IMG/VR virus record: IMGVR_UViG_3300025614_000002
Direction: 5' to 3' (one strand)
Length of the DNA: 64,000 bases
Origin: an uncultured virus (IMG/VR IMGVR_UViG_3300025614_000002)
Lineage: Duplodnaviria > Heunggongvirae > Uroviricota > Caudoviricetes
Shown here: positions 1-8,522 of the stretch, one piece after another
How the letters are laid out: each line of letters begins with the position of its first letter
Position numbering within the stretch: the stretch's first letter is position 1
The notes under the pieces: generated by a model
What the model was told of the DNA's origin: nothing
The model's database searches: none
What the model saw: the letters and a program-made list of their open reading frames with translations, nothing else
Made by a program: the position numbers and the translations under genes

Positions 1-158
1 CTGCCCCCGCGGAGGAGGAGGAGGAGGAGGAGGAGTTCGGTGGGTACGAGGAGTTCGAGCAGGCTCTGCACGGAGAGCCCTCGTCCAGTCCGGCCCCTGA
101 TGGGTTCAGGATGGGGGCTGCTGAGCTCGACGACGACGACGACGACGGTGATCTGTGA
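1..158 (+). CDS. 3' end of a hypothetical protein with a very acidic C-terminus (partial)
   Basis: Frame 3 is open from the window edge (APAEEEEEEEEFGGYEE...ELDDDDDDGDL*). TGA at 156-158 overlaps the GTG of the next gene. Confidence 0.7.
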   Translation, partial: APAEEEEEEEEFGGYEEFEQALHGEPSSSPAPDGFRMGAAELDDDDDDGDL

Positions 159-478
159 ACCTCGATCGGATGAGACTCGAGTACAAGCTCGACCTGATCA
201 TCCGTGCCCTGCAGCAGAGCGGGGCCATGCTGGGGGAACTCCCCGGCCTCGAGGGAATCGAGAAGGACTGCTGCCCCATCTGTGAGACTCCGGTTCGCGT
301 CATCGCGGACATGGAGACCGAGACCCCCCTCTACACCTGTGAATGCCGGTCCCCCAAGGTGATCGTGACCGGCATCTCCGCCCTCGTTCCCCCCAGGAGC
401 CATGATGTCTACGCCGACCGGAATCCAGAAGAAGAAGTTCCACACGAACGCACGCCGCCAGGTGATCGCGACAGCTGA
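155..478 (+). CDS. Hypothetical protein, putative Zn-finger (CCPIC...CEC)
   Basis: 107 aa, GTGA overlap with the upstream gene, two Cys pairs. Confidence 0.7.
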   Translation: MNLDRMRLEYKLDLIIRALQQSGAMLGELPGLEGIEKDCCPICETPVRVIADMETETPLYTCECRSPKVIVTGISALVPPRSHDVYADRNPEEEVPHERTPPGDRDS

Positions 479-791
479 TGTGTCCATTCGGCAGGTCCAG
501 GTGATCGACAAGGTCGGTGCCGTTCGCGGCATCGTGGTGTGGCAGTGTGGCCCCGACATCTTCTGGGCGGACACCATGGACGGCATGTTCGACGCAGCGC
601 GTCGGAAGTCCGCCCCTCCGTGGCTGGTGGAGCAGATCAAGAACCTGCCGCAGTCGCAGAAGTTCTTCAGCGACGGGACCGCGTACGACTCCGCCGTGGA
701 GGTCTCCACACCGGTGGGCTCCGTGGATACGTCCCCAGATCACGTCCCCGGAGACGCGGACACCGACCTCCCCAGCTTCGCGCAGGCCTGA
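402..791 (+). CDS. Hypothetical protein
   Basis: 129 aa with AGGAG just upstream. The stop is 1 nt before the GroES-like start. It overlaps the previous ORF by 77 nt. Confidence 0.7.
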   Translation: MMSTPTGIQKKKFHTNARRQVIATADVSIRQVQVIDKVGAVRGIVVWQCGPDIFWADTMDGMFDAARRKSAPPWLVEQIKNLPQSQKFFSDGTAYDSAVEVSTPVGSVDTSPDHVPGDADTDLPSFAQA

Positions 792-792
792 C

Positions 793-1137
793 ATGTCCGG
801 ACTCCGACCCATGCCGGGGTGGGCGCTGTGCAGAGCAGCCCCGCACTCTCTGAAGACCAAGTCCGGGCTCTACCTGGCCACAGAGATCGACAAGAACGTC
901 CAGTCTGAGGGCGTCGCAGTCATCGAGAGCGTGGTGCCCCGTGAGGGGATGCCTGCTGGGGTCTCGGCAGGAGACCAGGTCATCTACCGAGGGTTCCTGA
1001 GGTTCGCCAACCAGGTGGGGAATCTCATGGGGGTAGACCGAGACTGCGAGTTCTTCCTGCTCAACCTGCAGGACATCCTTGCAGTGGTCTCGGGTCCCGG
1101 GACTGTGGGTGTCCACGGAGAATACGAGGTGCAGTGA
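793..1137 (+). CDS. groES: GroES/Cpn10-like co-chaperonin
   Basis: ATG at 793 inside track ORF 517..1137. MSGLRPMPGWALC...KTKSGLYL...VSAGDQVIY...FFLLNLQDILAVV matches the GroES pattern (LRPL.DRV, KT.SGI.L, V.VGD.V, ..E.DILAVV). Confidence 0.85.
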   Translation: MSGLRPMPGWALCRAAPHSLKTKSGLYLATEIDKNVQSEGVAVIESVVPREGMPAGVSAGDQVIYRGFLRFANQVGNLMGVDRDCEFFLLNLQDILAVVSGPGTVGVHGEYEVQ

Positions 1138-1301
1138 TGGGCAAGAAGAGCCGCCGGCTTCAGGTTCGGCTGGAGGGGGAGGACCATGACTTCCTCCTCC
1201 TCTACGCGGAGCGCAACGGACTGACCATCAGCCAGATGGTCCGGGACTTCATTCAGTGGCTGAAGCGGAGGGAGGAATCTGATGGATCTTCGACGTCGTA
1301 G
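1137..1301 (+). CDS. Small ribbon-helix-helix (CopG/Arc-like) DNA-binding protein, 54 aa
   Basis: Not in the ORF track. TGATG overlap. MGKKSRRLQVRLEGEDHDFLLLYAERNGLTISQMVRDFI shows the RHH strand-helix-G-x-T-x-S-helix pattern. Confidence 0.75.
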   Translation: MGKKSRRLQVRLEGEDHDFLLLYAERNGLTISQMVRDFIQWLKRREESDGSSTS

Positions 1302-1806
1302 TCGCGTTGTCGTCTCGGAAGAGGTTCCGCTCCAGCGGAATACTGTTCAGGCGTTGATGGACGCCCTGGGGTCCCTGTTCGGAAGGAAGGACAAGCCCAC
1401 ACGACTCCTCTACGTGAAGGGGGAGGCGCTGCAGGTGGAGACGCCCAAGCTCCTGGATGCTCCAGACATTGAAGGTCTGGATAGCGGCCTGTTCACCCCG
1501 TACCAGGCAATCCGGCAGCACTGCGAGGTAGACGTGATGGAGACCGAAGCCAGCCCATTGATGGCCGCGTGTCTGGCGGTGGCCAAGGTTCGGGGACAGG
1601 CAGACGTTCTCTCGGGGGTAGTCATCCAGTCCAAGGACTCCCTCGATGACTGGCTGCCTGGGGTGAAGCTGGACGAGATCTTCGGGATCCCGGTCTACAT
1701 CGACCCCGAGACTCCAGAGGGCTTCGTGTTTTTCTGCAGTAGCTCCCGCAGTACGATGGTTCGTGACTTCGAGCAGGCGGTCGCCTGCCACACCAACGGG
1801 AGCTGA
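1282..1806 (+). CDS. Hypothetical protein
   Basis: 174 aa, GGAGG RBS, typical GC3-rich codon usage. Confidence 0.8.
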   Translation: MDLRRRSRVVVSEEVPLQRNTVQALMDALGSLFGRKDKPTRLLYVKGEALQVETPKLLDAPDIEGLDSGLFTPYQAIRQHCEVDVMETEASPLMAACLAVAKVRGQADVLSGVVIQSKDSLDDWLPGVKLDEIFGIPVYIDPETPEGFVFFCSSSRSTMVRDFEQAVACHTNGS

Positions 1807-1808
1807 CC

Positions 1809-2150
1809 ATGGCGTGTGTAGGACGTTGCGGGGACTACGAGTCCCGACCCCAGTTCTGCAAGGACTACCCACAGGTGACGGACTTCGTCCCTTCGGGCTG
1901 TACCTTCTCGTTCCTCGGTGCAGAGCGGCAGGGGTCGTGCCAGCCGGAGGAGTGCCAGCAGGACATCTGTTGCGGCTACCCCCGGGAGGGGGGAGAGCCG
2001 GAAGGGACGTCCCTCGACGCCATGATCGGCGGAGAGCCCTGCAAGCATCTGACATGGATCGAGATCACCACCAAGGAAGCCTCAGATGAGGAGGTAGCCC
2101 CGATGGAGGTCCTTCACTCCCTGATCGCTGACGCTCTCGGAGGATTCTGA
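1809..2150 (+). CDS. Cys-rich protein, YkgJ/CxxCxxCC-like metal-binding
   Basis: CGDYESRPQFCKDYP resembles the YkgJ-family C..Y..RP..CR.YP motif. There are further Cys residues and a TKEAS motif near the C-terminus. Confidence 0.6.
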   Translation: MACVGRCGDYESRPQFCKDYPQVTDFVPSGCTFSFLGAERQGSCQPEECQQDICCGYPREGGEPEGTSLDAMIGGEPCKHLTWIEITTKEASDEEVAPMEVLHSLIADALGGF

Positions 2151-2152
2151 GC

Positions 2153-2686
2153 ATGTTCGCCCCCTATATGACTCGCTCGAAGAGCCTCGAGATGATCGAG
2201 GAGGAAAGCAGCGAGGACGGGCTGGCCCACAAGGTCACCTTTCGCGTCACAGATCTCACTGCGTGGAACTCGCAGCTGGTCGATGTCCTGAAGTTCGCGG
2301 AGGACGAGGAAGACTACGTCTTGTCCGTGCGCAAGGAGTACTACGTCCTGGACGGCGCTCCTCGATTCGTCTGGAACATGATGATCTGGGGCGACTACGC
2401 CTCTGCTGCTCGAGATCTCGGTCCTCTGATGCAGATCGTTCCGCAAAGGGCGTCGCCCCCGGCACCCGCGGAGAAGGCGGCGGCCCCCGCTGCGCAGCGA
2501 GGCCGTGCATCGATCCTGGCCGTCCGGAAGATCGGCGTAGAGGATGACGGCACCACTCGGGTCGTGAAGAAAGTGCGGCTGCCGCACCGTCGCGGAAACC
2601 GCGACAACCCCGGAGAGGGGATCACCAAGAAGATGGGAGACAAGCGCATGGGCGCCTATGTGTCTACTGCCAGTGGAGCGATCTGA
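2153..2686 (+). CDS. Hypothetical protein
   Basis: 177 aa, tightly packed in the operon, typical codon usage. Confidence 0.8.
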   Translation: MFAPYMTRSKSLEMIEEESSEDGLAHKVTFRVTDLTAWNSQLVDVLKFAEDEEDYVLSVRKEYYVLDGAPRFVWNMMIWGDYASAARDLGPLMQIVPQRASPPAPAEKAAAPAAQRGRASILAVRKIGVEDDGTTRVVKKVRLPHRRGNRDNPGEGITKKMGDKRMGAYVSTASGAI

Positions 2687-3330
2687 TGGACATGAATCTC
2701 GCCACCCGCCGCTTCCACGCGAAGCTGGCGCAAGAGCAGGAAGCGCACGCAGCCGAGATGGCCAAGCGCGCCAAGTACAAGATTCAGATCTGGTTCCGCT
2801 CCGACCGGTCCCTGCATCGTCCGATGACCTTCTCGATGTCCTTCTGGGAGTCTGGGAAGCGTCTGCACGGAGGAGGGGACGAGCTCCTCTTCATCTGTCG
2901 TCGGCACGCCGACGCCCCCAAGATCTCCCCCTTCGAGATGGCCAACGCCGCCAAGAAGAAGGGAAGCGACACGGGGTGTGGGGGGTTGATCTCCGGAGAC
3001 AGCATCAGCCCAGAGGGGATCGTGGTCTGCCCCCACTGCTTCCTCCAGCACCGCACGGAGCAGATCGGGGACTCGATCTTCTACAGGGTCCAGGTGGGCC
3101 AGGCTGCGAAGATCCTCGCGGACTGGTGGCGCAAGGTCGGCAGCAACGCTGACATCTACGCCAAGTACAGTCCCGAAGATCCACGTACGGTTATGATGAG
3201 CCGTACCTACTCTCCCCGCAAGGCGCGGGAGAGGAAGGGCCTGACCATCTACCCCCTGGCCAACATCCTCAAGGACACCCTCAACGGTGCGTCCCTCGAG
3301 TCCAGGATGAGGGCCTTCATCACGGCGTGA
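2686..3330 (+). CDS. Hypothetical protein with putative Zn-binding Cys (FICRRH, GCGG, VCPHC)
   Basis: 214 aa, TGATG overlap with the upstream gene. Confidence 0.8.
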   Translation: MDMNLATRRFHAKLAQEQEAHAAEMAKRAKYKIQIWFRSDRSLHRPMTFSMSFWESGKRLHGGGDELLFICRRHADAPKISPFEMANAAKKKGSDTGCGGLISGDSISPEGIVVCPHCFLQHRTEQIGDSIFYRVQVGQAAKILADWWRKVGSNADIYAKYSPEDPRTVMMSRTYSPRKARERKGLTIYPLANILKDTLNGASLESRMRAFITA

Positions 3331-3333
3331 GAC

Positions 3334-6210
3334 ATGGACCACTTCTACCCGGAGTTCGAAAAGGAGGCGGACCTCGCCTCCTTCCTCGCCCCGGTAACGG
3401 AGAGAATCCAGGGCTTCTTCCAGTCCAAGGAGAAGAAGCGCGCGGCTCGCCGGGTGGAGGGGTTCCACAAGACGGAAGACAAGGACTGGGACGGGTTCAC
3501 CGACCAGACTTCCCGCAAGAGCTTCGTCAAGCAGCTGGGGTCGGACACGCGCTCCGATCCCAAGCTCCTGCAGTACGCCGACAACATGAACCGCCTCAAG
3601 ACGGGCAAGCAGGTCGGAGAGGTCCAGGGAAGCCGGGGCACCTACAAGATCGTGAAGCTGCGGGGCCAGGATCGACTGGGGTGCTCCTGCAACGACTGGC
3701 GCTACAAGAAGTCCGTCGCGCAGCCTGGTGAGCAGGTGGACTGCAAGCACATCCGGCAGTTTCAGCAGCTGAAGGTTGCGGGTGTGAAGAAGCTCGAGCC
3801 CTCGCAGGGCGAGCGGGCTGAGTGGGAAAAGCGGGTAGCGCAGGCTGCGCTCTCGGGCGGGGACGGCGCCTCTCTGATGAAGACGGAAGAGGGCTTCGCA
3901 GCCTACACGCACCGCTCCCGTTCGAAGTTCTACCCAAGCCCCGCCTCCATTCCTCTTGGGAAGATCCGCTCCGTCGCGAAGACGGCGTCCTACCGCGAGG
4001 GCGGATCTTTCACGCACGACGGGCAGAAGTACTCTCTTGACGCCGCACTTCGATCCGCGGAGTCTCGCCCAGCCCTGCAGTTCTCGGTGGACGAGCTCAA
4101 GTGGGTGCTTCAGCATGACCGCCCCGACCCTTCGCGGGTACGAGCGGCAGACCTGCGTGCCCCTCTCTTGCTCGCACCCGACCGCAGGGGGCGGTGGACA
4201 GTCATTGATGGGCTGCACCGGCTCGCAAAGGCCGTGCGCGCAGGGAAAGACTCGGTCCCGGTCAAGATCTTGGCGCTGAGTGAGCTCCAGAAGACGGCCG
4301 CAGCAGTCACCTCCACGCTCAAGCCGCACCAGGAGCGGGTGCTGCGCAAGCTCGAGGACAGCGACGGAGTCATCGTCGCGCACCGCGTAGGCGCCGGGAA
4401 GACGCTGACATCGATCGCCGCGGGCGTAGCGAGTGGCCGTCCCATGGAGGTCATCACCCCTGCCTCCCTGACCAAGAACTACGAGAAGGAGCTCAAGAAG
4501 CACGTGAAGGGTGAGGTGAAGGCTCGTATCAGCTCCTACGAGAAGGCTGTACGGCGCGGAGCCAAAGAAGGGGAAGACAGCGTCGAGCCGGGATCTTTCC
4601 TGGTGCTCGACGAGGCGCACCGGCTGCGGAACGGAGGGACGCTAACCTCGAAGACCCTCCGTCCCGCGGCGCTGGAGGCCCACAAGCGGCTCCTCCTCAC
4701 AGGCACCACGCTCTACAACCGCCCCTCTGATGTGGGGCCCCTGGCGAACGTGGCGGCGGGAGAGACAGTGCTCCCAGCGGACCCCACCAGGTTCGATCAG
4801 AAGTTCATCCAGGAGTCCGAGGTGTCCCCCGGGCTCTGGAACAGGCTGCGAGGGGTGAAGCCCGGTCTGCGGAAAGATCTGAAGAACGCCTCTCTTCTCC
4901 GCAAGGCGCTGTCAGGGCGCATTGATGTCCACTCAGAGGCATCGGCGGAGGACTTCCCTGAGCAGATCGAAGAGCGGATCGCAGTTCCGATGTCTCCGAA
5001 GCAGGAGCAGGTCTACGAGGCCGTGATGGGTGCCGCCCCGGCCCATGTGCGGAGGAAGATCCGCGCAGGGCTCCCGCCGTCGAAGCAGGAGTCCCGAATG
5101 TTGAACGCATTCACTACTGCAGGCCGGCAGGCTTCCCTCTCTCCGCGCCCCTATGTCGACGACATGACGAACGCGCAGGAGGCGGAGAACACCCCCAAGA
5201 TCCAAGAGGCTGCGCGGCGGCTCCTGGACGCGCGGAAGACGGATCGAAGGTTCCGGGGGGTGGTGTACTCGAACTACATCGAGGCGGGCCTGAAGCCCTA
5301 CGAGCGTGCCCTGAAGAGGCGGAAGATCAAGTTCAACACCCTCACGGGCAAGCTCAACGCCAAGCAGAAAGCCCGCATGGTGGATGAGTACAACTCGGGG
5401 CAGACGCCCATCCTCCTCGTCTCGAGCTCGGGGACTGAGGGGCTGGACCTGAAGGGCACGAAGATGGTCCAGGTCTTGGAGCCGCACTGGAACAACTCCA
5501 AGATCGACCAGGTGATTGGACGAGGAGTCCGGTACCAGAGCCACGCCCACCTCCCGAAGAAGGAGCGCAAGGTTCAGGTCCAGCGGTTCTACTCATCGCT
5601 GCCGAAGGGCTTCTTGGGCCGGAACAAGGGCAAGTCCACTGAGCAGTGGATCCAAGATCGGGCGGACGACAAGACGCGCCTCTCCAACCAGCTGCGGGAA
5701 GTGTTCCAGCAGGCGAGTGACGAGCCCCCGCAGTCGCTACAGGGCCATGTGGCTCAGCGCATCCAGGAGCGCGCCCCCGGTTCCGGGTACGAGGTCGCCA
5801 AGATCCAGGCGCGCATCCCCAAGATGACGCTCCGCCCAGGAAAGACCTACCATGTGCCGCTCGCCAGAGGGCGGGGCTGGGTCGTGATAGGCGACATCGG
5901 TGGCCGGCACGTCGTGAAGACGGTCTTCGGTCCCAATATGCGGCCCCCGGGAGAGCGCGTGCTGGTCAAGCAGGCCCGCGCACCCCGCGACTACAAGAAG
6001 GAGTATGCGGAGTACCACGCCACCCCAGAGCAGCGGAAGAACCGTAGCCTCCGGAACCAGGCCCGCCGGAAGGTGGGGCTAAGCAAAGGTGATCCCCGAG
6101 AGGTAGACCACAAGACTCCGCTCTCTCGTGGCGGCGGAAATGGCTCTGGGAACCTGCGTGCAGTTAGCTTCGAGCTCAACCGCAAAAAGTCAAACGGAGA
6201 AGCACGATGA
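3334..6210 (+). CDS. Multidomain (polyvalent) protein: SWIM Zn finger + small unknown domain + ParB-like + SNF2-family helicase + unknown domain + HNH endonuclease
   Basis: SWIM: CSCNDW...DCKH. ParB/Srx-like: VIDGLHRLAKA. SF2 motifs: HRVGAGKT, VLDEAHRLRN, LLLTGT, EGLDL, QVIGRGVR. C-terminal HNH: RDYKKEY...EVDHKTPLSRGG...NLRAVS..LNRKK. Confidence 0.9.
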   Translation: MDHFYPEFEKEADLASFLAPVTERIQGFFQSKEKKRAARRVEGFHKTEDKDWDGFTDQTSRKSFVKQLGSDTRSDPKLLQYADNMNRLKTGKQVGEVQGSRGTYKIVKLRGQDRLGCSCNDWRYKKSVAQPGEQVDCKHIRQFQQLKVAGVKKLEPSQGERAEWEKRVAQAALSGGDGASLMKTEEGFAAYTHRSRSKFYPSPASIPLGKIRSVAKTASYREGGSFTHDGQKYSLDAALRSAESRPALQFSVDELKWVLQHDRPDPSRVRAADLRAPLLLAPDRRGRWTVIDGLHRLAKAVRAGKDSVPVKILALSELQKTAAAVTSTLKPHQERVLRKLEDSDGVIVAHRVGAGKTLTSIAAGVASGRPMEVITPASLTKNYEKELKKHVKGEVKARISSYEKAVRRGAKEGEDSVEPGSFLVLDEAHRLRNGGTLTSKTLRPAALEAHKRLLLTGTTLYNRPSDVGPLANVAAGETVLPADPTRFDQKFIQESEVSPGLWNRLRGVKPGLRKDLKNASLLRKALSGRIDVHSEASAEDFPEQIEERIAVPMSPKQEQVYEAVMGAAPAHVRRKIRAGLPPSKQESRMLNAFTTAGRQASLSPRPYVDDMTNAQEAENTPKIQEAARRLLDARKTDRRFRGVVYSNYIEAGLKPYERALKRRKIKFNTLTGKLNAKQKARMVDEYNSGQTPILLVSSSGTEGLDLKGTKMVQVLEPHWNNSKIDQVIGRGVRYQSHAHLPKKERKVQVQRFYSSLPKGFLGRNKGKSTEQWIQDRADDKTRLSNQLREVFQQASDEPPQSLQGHVAQRIQERAPGSGYEVAKIQARIPKMTLRPGKTYHVPLARGRGWVVIGDIGGRHVVKTVFGPNMRPPGERVLVKQARAPRDYKKEYAEYHATPEQRKNRSLRNQARRKVGLSKGDPREVDHKTPLSRGGGNGSGNLRAVSFELNRKKSNGEAR

Positions 6211-7145
6211 AACCCGACTACCGAGGCCTGCGGGCGCACATGCAGAAGGCGAGTCCGTTCCAGGAAAAGGCGGGCGGCATCCATGGGAGCCCTCATGGAG
6301 GCCACAGCCGAGAGGCCCTCCTCGCAGAGCAGGAGCGGGTACGCAGGCAGTTGGCCGGGGAGAAGGTAGCGGGCGCCCGAGAAGCTCTGCGAGTTTTTCT
6401 CACGGGAAAGGTTCCGGTCCGCCACGGAACTACCAAGGCGGTGGCAAAGAAGATTCGCGCCACCGGCCTGCGTCCGCAGGGGTCAGCAGGCATCTCTTCG
6501 TTGCTCGCCGTTCCCGGAGAAGAAGGACTTGCCTTCACTACGAGGTCGAAGGCCATGGCGAAAAACTACGCTCAGCAGGCTGAAGGCCTCGCCAAGGCGA
6601 AGGCGCTGAGGAGGCACATACCGATTGAGCAGAAGCGGCAGATCCTGAACTCCCCTGCGGTGCAGGGCATGCAGCGCCAGTTCGAGGCTACCGGAAGCTC
6701 TGCGAATATGGGAGACGTGTTGCAGGCTCAAGCGGGCAGGGCCCTATCCTTCTTCGGCAAGGGAGATGTTGTGGAGGCCCGCGTTCCCTGGAAGAAGCTG
6801 CGGGCGCGCGAGGCTCCTGGGAGGGAACTCCATGCACCCGTGGTAAAGAGCCAGAGGGAGGCGCTGTCCCAGATTCACCCCTCTCTCGAACAAGTCCCGG
6901 CCGCAGCGTTCATGACTGATGTTCCTGTTCGCGGGGGCTTGCCGGCTGAGTACATCAAAGGGTCTCCCTCGTATATGCGCACGAGTGTGGGCAGCCTCCG
7001 TGACCACCTTCGGAGCATCAAGGACGAGCCCAAGGCCTTTGGCAAGGAGGTTCTTCGCGCCTACGCCGGCATGCAGCATCGTCCCTCGACTCTGCTGGGC
7101 CAGGATCCTGCTCTCCGCAGAAGGCTCCTCGGAGTAGCCGAGTAG
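6207..7145 (+). CDS. Putative ADP-ribosyltransferase (H-G-T / Y, PARP/Tpt1/DarT-like fold)
   Basis: VRHGTTKAVAKKIRATGLRP...LAFTTRSKAMAKNYA matches the HGT...I...GL / F.T....A..YA ART signature. ATGA overlap with the upstream gene. Confidence 0.6.
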   Translation: MKPDYRGLRAHMQKASPFQEKAGGIHGSPHGGHSREALLAEQERVRRQLAGEKVAGAREALRVFLTGKVPVRHGTTKAVAKKIRATGLRPQGSAGISSLLAVPGEEGLAFTTRSKAMAKNYAQQAEGLAKAKALRRHIPIEQKRQILNSPAVQGMQRQFEATGSSANMGDVLQAQAGRALSFFGKGDVVEARVPWKKLRAREAPGRELHAPVVKSQREALSQIHPSLEQVPAAAFMTDVPVRGGLPAEYIKGSPSYMRTSVGSLRDHLRSIKDEPKAFGKEVLRAYAGMQHRPSTLLGQDPALRRRLLGVAE

Positions 7146-7166
7146 TCAACACCGCGAATAGTCCAT

Positions 7167-7194
7167 TTGCCCTTGGCATGAAAAAGAAGATAAT
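7167..7194 (+). promoter_or_regulatory. Possible sigma70-like promoter in an AT-richer intergenic region
   Basis: TTGCCC-16 nt-GATAAT within a ~200-nt gap upstream of 7344. The match is weak. Confidence 0.25.
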
Positions 7195-7343
7195 TCGCTT
7201 CATCGTGGCCCCTGTAAAGGTGTCACACCAGGCTTTCCCGGACAATCCAGTACGTCCCTGGTGCGGTGAATACTCCTTCGATTTCTCCGGAGATTTCTCG
7301 GTTTCCTCACACCGATGTTATACCGGAAAAACGGAGGGAATTT

Positions 7344-7607
7344 ATGCCGCCACAGAAGAAGACCATTGCGGTCCTGCTGACGCAGGTGACGGAGCTCCGG
7401 CAGCGTGCTGCGGTCCAGACTGCCCTCGTGCAGATCTTGCGGACCCGGTATCTGCCGAGGGATGGGGTCCCGGAGGCCCTGGCCCAGATTGACTGCGAGG
7501 GGGCACCCGTCTCTGCCGACATCATCGAGGAGATGGTGGAGGAGTTGGAGGATGTGGTGTCGGAAATCAACAAGGAAGTCCGCTCGATTCTGAGCCAGGA
7601 GGCCTGA
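7344..7607 (+). CDS. Hypothetical protein, 87 aa
   Basis: ATG at 7344 after GGAGG (the track starts this frame earlier, at 7266). Helical and acidic. Confidence 0.75.
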   Translation: MPPQKKTIAVLLTQVTELRQRAAVQTALVQILRTRYLPRDGVPEALAQIDCEGAPVSADIIEEMVEELEDVVSEINKEVRSILSQEA

Positions 7608-7988
7608 ATGCCATCGCGCACCGAACGACTCGAAGCCAAGTTCACTGAGCTCGAGCAGCGCATCGCCCTACTGGAGAAGATCCAGTCCGAGGGCATCGAT
7701 CACCTGATCACCGAGATCCAGAGGCTGTCAGAGAATGACGGAGTACTCGGGGAAGTCGCAGAGCAGCATGACAACCTCCTCGCAGCACTGCGAGCACTGC
7801 TCGATGAGAAGAAGGTCGTGAGTGACGCCGAGGTCACCGCGAAGACCCAGGAGATCTCAGATCTCCGAGAGCGTGCTCAGAAGAGCCGGGACCAAGAGGC
7901 CGAGCTCCGGCAGGTGGCCTTCCGCGCAGAGGAAGCAGCCAAGGAAGAGGCAGGTCACCCGAAGGAAGCGTTCATCTTCGGGAGCTAA
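7608..7988 (+). CDS. Hypothetical coiled-coil protein
   Basis: 126 aa, AGGAGG RBS, heptad-like E/L-rich pattern. Confidence 0.8.
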   Translation: MPSRTERLEAKFTELEQRIALLEKIQSEGIDHLITEIQRLSENDGVLGEVAEQHDNLLAALRALLDEKKVVSDAEVTAKTQEISDLRERAQKSRDQEAELRQVAFRAEEAAKEEAGHPKEAFIFGS

Positions 7989-7998
7989 GGCCTTCGAG

Positions 7999-8030
7999 GC
8001 GTACGGGGGTCCCGAAGGACCCCCGTACGC
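7999..8030. terminator. Perfect 14-bp hairpin between convergent genes
   Basis: GCGTACGGGGGTCC-CGAA-GGACCCCCGTACGC lies between the stops at 7988 (+) and 8037 (-). Confidence 0.75.
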
Positions 8031-8036
8031 TCTTGC

Positions 8037-8522
8037 TCACCGCTGGCCGCACTGCCCGCAGTAGCTCTCGGTCTCTGTTCCGTGACGGCAGAAATCTCCA
8101 GACTGGAGAATTCGCTGTTGGATGGCATCTTCTCTCTCGACAAGAACTCCATCGAGAGTCTCTACCCGCAACTCCATATTGCCGAGGTCTCCGTCCCACA
8201 TGCGGTCTCGCACGATGCGGTGTGCCCGAGAGTCTACGAAGTCGCGCGGGCCTGTCTGCTTTACCCAGTCTCGTGCCGGCCAAGAGGCAAAGCGCCAGCG
8301 GACCTGGAAGGTAGCAGGCGAGGGTGAGGATGGCTGATCGGGCTTCCGGACCCGGACCCATGCGAGGGTCCAGACTTCTCCTGTCTCTGGATCTTTCCGT
8401 CCCAGGTCTTCGTCAGTGGCGAAGGTCTGGTCACTCGAGTCGATGATCGTGGAGATCTCACGATCGAAGAGCCCGCAGGGCTCAAACGTGTCGAGGTCGG
8501 GGACCTCCAGGGTACGGGGCAT
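8037..8522 (-). CDS. Hypothetical protein with C-terminal Cys/His cluster (FCRHG...YCGQC)
   Basis: 161 aa, GGAGG RBS. Confidence 0.7.
   Translation of the reverse strand: MPRTLEVPDLDTFEPCGLFDREISTIIDSSDQTFATDEDLGRKDPETGEVWTLAWVRVRKPDQPSSPSPATFQVRWRFASWPARDWVKQTGPRDFVDSRAHRIVRDRMWDGDLGNMELRVETLDGVLVEREDAIQQRILQSGDFCRHGTETESYCGQCGQR

Noticed and set aside
11..146. (GAG)n and (GAC)n tracts as microsatellites or contingency loci
   Set aside because: They are in-frame poly-Glu and poly-Asp in an acidic protein tail.
2656..4620. 654-aa minus-strand ORF (likewise 17310-18650 on - and 54097-55536 on +)
   Set aside because: These are antisense to genes with clear motifs and RBSs, with R/G/L/V-rich shadow composition.
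7178..7492. 104-aa ORF starting MKKKIIRF
   Set aside because: It overlaps the better-supported 7344..7607 gene out of frame, and has atypical codon usage and no clear RBS.
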